Program-made: the position numbers and the translations under genes
Shown here: in pieces, positions 62,273 through 64,000 of the stretch
How the letters are laid out: each line of letters opens with the position of its first letter
Position numbering within the stretch: position 1 is the first letter of the stretch
From: an uncultured bacterium
GTDB lineage: Bacteria; Verrucomicrobiota; Verrucomicrobiia; Limisphaerales; UBA11358
Direction: 5' to 3'
DNA: 64,000 nt
NCBI GenBank assembly: GCA_963723125.1
Contig: CAVRPQ010000004.1
Coordinates: 230,644-294,643, forward strand
The notes under the pieces: model-generated
Databases searched by the model: none
What the model was told of the DNA's origin: nothing
Seen by the model: the letters and a program-made list of their open reading frames with translations, nothing else

Positions 62273-63374
62273 ATTGCACTATTCTGGGGATGCGGGTAAA
62301 AAAGGACATGCCGAAACGATACCATCTGAACCGGCCTGATCTGGCACAGGCTGTGGCCGTTGAATTGCGGACTTGCCAGGATGTCAAAAGCCAGCAGCGC
62401 CTGTTGGCCGCACGCTTGGCCGCCAGCGGGCAGTTGACCGCCGCGCAGATTGCCGGGCAGTTGGGCATCAGCCGCCGCCGGTTTTTCGACTGGATGAACG
62501 CGCTCAAGGCGGGCGGGCTGGCCGGACTGCTGGAGCGTCAGCACGGTGGCGGGGCCGTGCCGCAAGTGCAAGGCGACGCGCTCAAAGAACTACAGGCCGG
62601 ACTGCAATCGGGTCGGTGGAAGCGGGCCAAGGAGATTCAGCACTGGCTGCGGGAGCGGCATATGATCCGCCTCAAGCTGGCCGGGGTGTATTACTGGCTG
62701 GGAAAATTGGGCGGGGTCTTGAAAGTACCGCGCAAGACCCACGCGCAAAAAGACGCGGTTCAGGTCGAAACCTTCCAGCGAACGCTCTGCGAACAGTTGG
62801 CGAACTTGAACGTGGCTGGTGGAAGGCCGGTGCGCCTGTGGGTGGCCGATGAACATCGTTACGGCTTGATCCCGGTGGTGCGCAAATGCTGGACGCTGCG
62901 AGGGGTGCGTCCGACGGTGCCATATCGAACGAAATATGAATGGGGTTACCTCTATTCGGCCTTGGAAGTGGACGGGGAAAATGCGGCGGAGTTTTTGTGT
63001 TTGCCGGAAGTGAGCTTGGAGATGAGCGGTTTGTTTCTGGCACATCTGGCGGCGAGCGACCCCGACGCCGAACACATTGTCATCTGGGATCAAGCGGGAT
63101 TTCACCCCAAACCTGAATTGCATGCCGTGCCGGAGCATGTGCATTTGGTGCCGTTGCCGCCCTATAGTCCGGAACTGAATCCGACGGAGGCCGTCGGCGA
63201 TGTGATCAAAGATCGGATTGGCAATGAGCTATGGGAGAATCTCGACGACCTGGAGCAAGCCATCGGCGAGGAACTGCGCCCGCTTTGTGAAAAAGCTGAA
63301 TGCGTGCGGAGGTTAGTCTCTCACCCCTGGCTGGTCGAACAAGCAAACGCTACCGCAACCGAGAATAGTGCAAT
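62273..63374 (+). mobile_element. IS630/Tc1-mariner-family insertion sequence
   Basis: The terminal inverted repeats are ATTGCACTATTCT (62273-62285) and AGAATAGTGCAAT (63362-63374), with further partial matches inward. A TA dinucleotide sits at or next to both ends. Confidence 0.7.
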
Positions 63375-63465
63375 TACGTGCTCAAAGTGGTATAAGGCCA
63401 GACCCGAATGGAATGTCCGCTGGTGGAGCGAGCGTACTCGCGAGCCGGACACAAAAATATTTTGA
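62290..63465 (+). CDS. IS630-family DDE transposase
   Basis: It has an HTH (LTAAQIAGQLGISRRRFFDWMNA) and a DDE_3 core (LWVADEHRYGL...IVIWDQAGFHPK...LPPYSPELNPTEAVGDVIKDRIGN). The ORF reads through the right IR for about 30 codons. Confidence 0.85.
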   Translation: MRVKKDMPKRYHLNRPDLAQAVAVELRTCQDVKSQQRLLAARLAASGQLTAAQIAGQLGISRRRFFDWMNALKAGGLAGLLERQHGGGAVPQVQGDALKELQAGLQSGRWKRAKEIQHWLRERHMIRLKLAGVYYWLGKLGGVLKVPRKTHAQKDAVQVETFQRTLCEQLANLNVAGGRPVRLWVADEHRYGLIPVVRKCWTLRGVRPTVPYRTKYEWGYLYSALEVDGENAAEFLCLPEVSLEMSGLFLAHLAASDPDAEHIVIWDQAGFHPKPELHAVPEHVHLVPLPPYSPELNPTEAVGDVIKDRIGNELWENLDDLEQAIGEELRPLCEKAECVRRLVSHPWLVEQANATATENSAITCSKWYKARPEWNVRWWSERTREPDTKIF

Positions 63466-63644
63466 CGCAATTTCACAAATTTACACAAATTAAAATCCCT
63501 TCGCACTCATTCGCGCAATTGGTGTTTACTGTTTATGGCCTCGCGAAACGAGGCCATTGACCTGACATCACGCGAGCCTTCGCCGAGACGAAGTGGCTAC
63601 GGCCTCACCAACTGAAATACCTGCCAGCCAGTCTATCGTGGATT

Positions 63645-63983
63645 TCAGGTGGAAATGCCCGCAGCCGCCTTGAACTTTTCCCAGTTGGCCGTGGCGTCCG
63701 AGTGGGGGCGAATCCGGTCCAACCCACCGCCTTCGTTTGCGGGAATGATGACGCGGGCGCAGAACAGGTCCCAAACGACTTCGGGGTAGATTTCACGCTC
63801 TTCATCCTTCAAATGACATCCCACCACATGCAGCGGGTTCCGTCCCTGCCGGGTTTCCAGAACGAAGGCAATGCATTGCGCGAGGCTCTTGACATTGTCA
63901 AGGCTGCCGCTGCCGGGGCGTGGCTCCCGGCCGAGCATCAGGTCGGCGGCGATTTTCAGGATTTTTTCCTTCGAGGCATTCAC
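63645..63983 (-). CDS. Hypothetical protein
   Basis: This is a 112-aa ORF with a GTG start. It has a plausible globular composition, but I recognise no family. Confidence 0.3.
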   Translation of the reverse strand: MNASKEKILKIAADLMLGREPRPGSGSLDNVKSLAQCIAFVLETRQGRNPLHVVGCHLKDEEREIYPEVVWDLFCARVIIPANEGGGLDRIRPHSDATANWEKFKAAAGIST

Positions 63984-64000
63984 GGCTCGTCCGACGCATG

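Overview
This 64-kb window is probably from a Verrucomicrobiota (PVC) chromosome. I infer this from two PEP-CTERM anchors, a prepilin-type [29 protein letters not shown] / H-X9-DG protein, and GC-rich genes separated by AT-rich TTGACA-type promoters. LEFT PART (1-47.1 kb) is a dense glycan-utilisation region. It starts with a large beta-propeller sensor histidine kinase that runs off the left edge and is absent from the supplied ORF track. Next is a pgmB-like/MFS/GH65 alpha-glucoside phosphorolysis operon, then a NarL-type two-component pair. After that comes a beta-1,3/1,6-glucan (laminarin-type) island. It holds three GH16 genes, a 1411-aa GH3 with several CBMs, GH30, a GH55-like double beta-helix fused to an SMP-30-like propeller, a clan GH-A hydrolase, and a 1193-aa candidate GH94-like phosphorylase. 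It also holds three MFS transporters, two PEP-CTERM lectin-like proteins, a TPR/SGNH protein, a multi-CBM protein and a pilin-like gene. No SusC/SusD, TonB-dependent or ABC transporter is visible. Five secreted proteins share a C-terminal ~65-aa module ending in F(Y/F)R[LAT]xxx-COOH; this is my top candidate for something undescribed. RIGHT PART (47.3-64 kb) is a decay and mobile-DNA zone around tRNA-Phe. It contains a multiply broken galT, a 5'-truncated galK, a stray NHL-like gene fragment and a 3'-truncated IS21 element. These are followed by about 1 kb of non-coding DNA with strand-segregated AGTCCG motif arrays and an excisionase-like HTH gene. Next is a ~5.07-kb IS1-family element bounded by 17-bp perfect inverted repeats. 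That element carries a truncated C-controlled R-M system, a class-II tRNA-Tyr-like gene and a Rha/P63C gene, and it contains an apparently perfect (spot-checked; identical ORF translations) 1,674-bp internal tandem duplication. The window ends with clpS, repeat-rich TPR/Sel1 and Ala/Pro-rich proteins, an AP2-like gene and an IS630 element. Family assignments come from motifs I recognise by eye. No database search or HMM was run.
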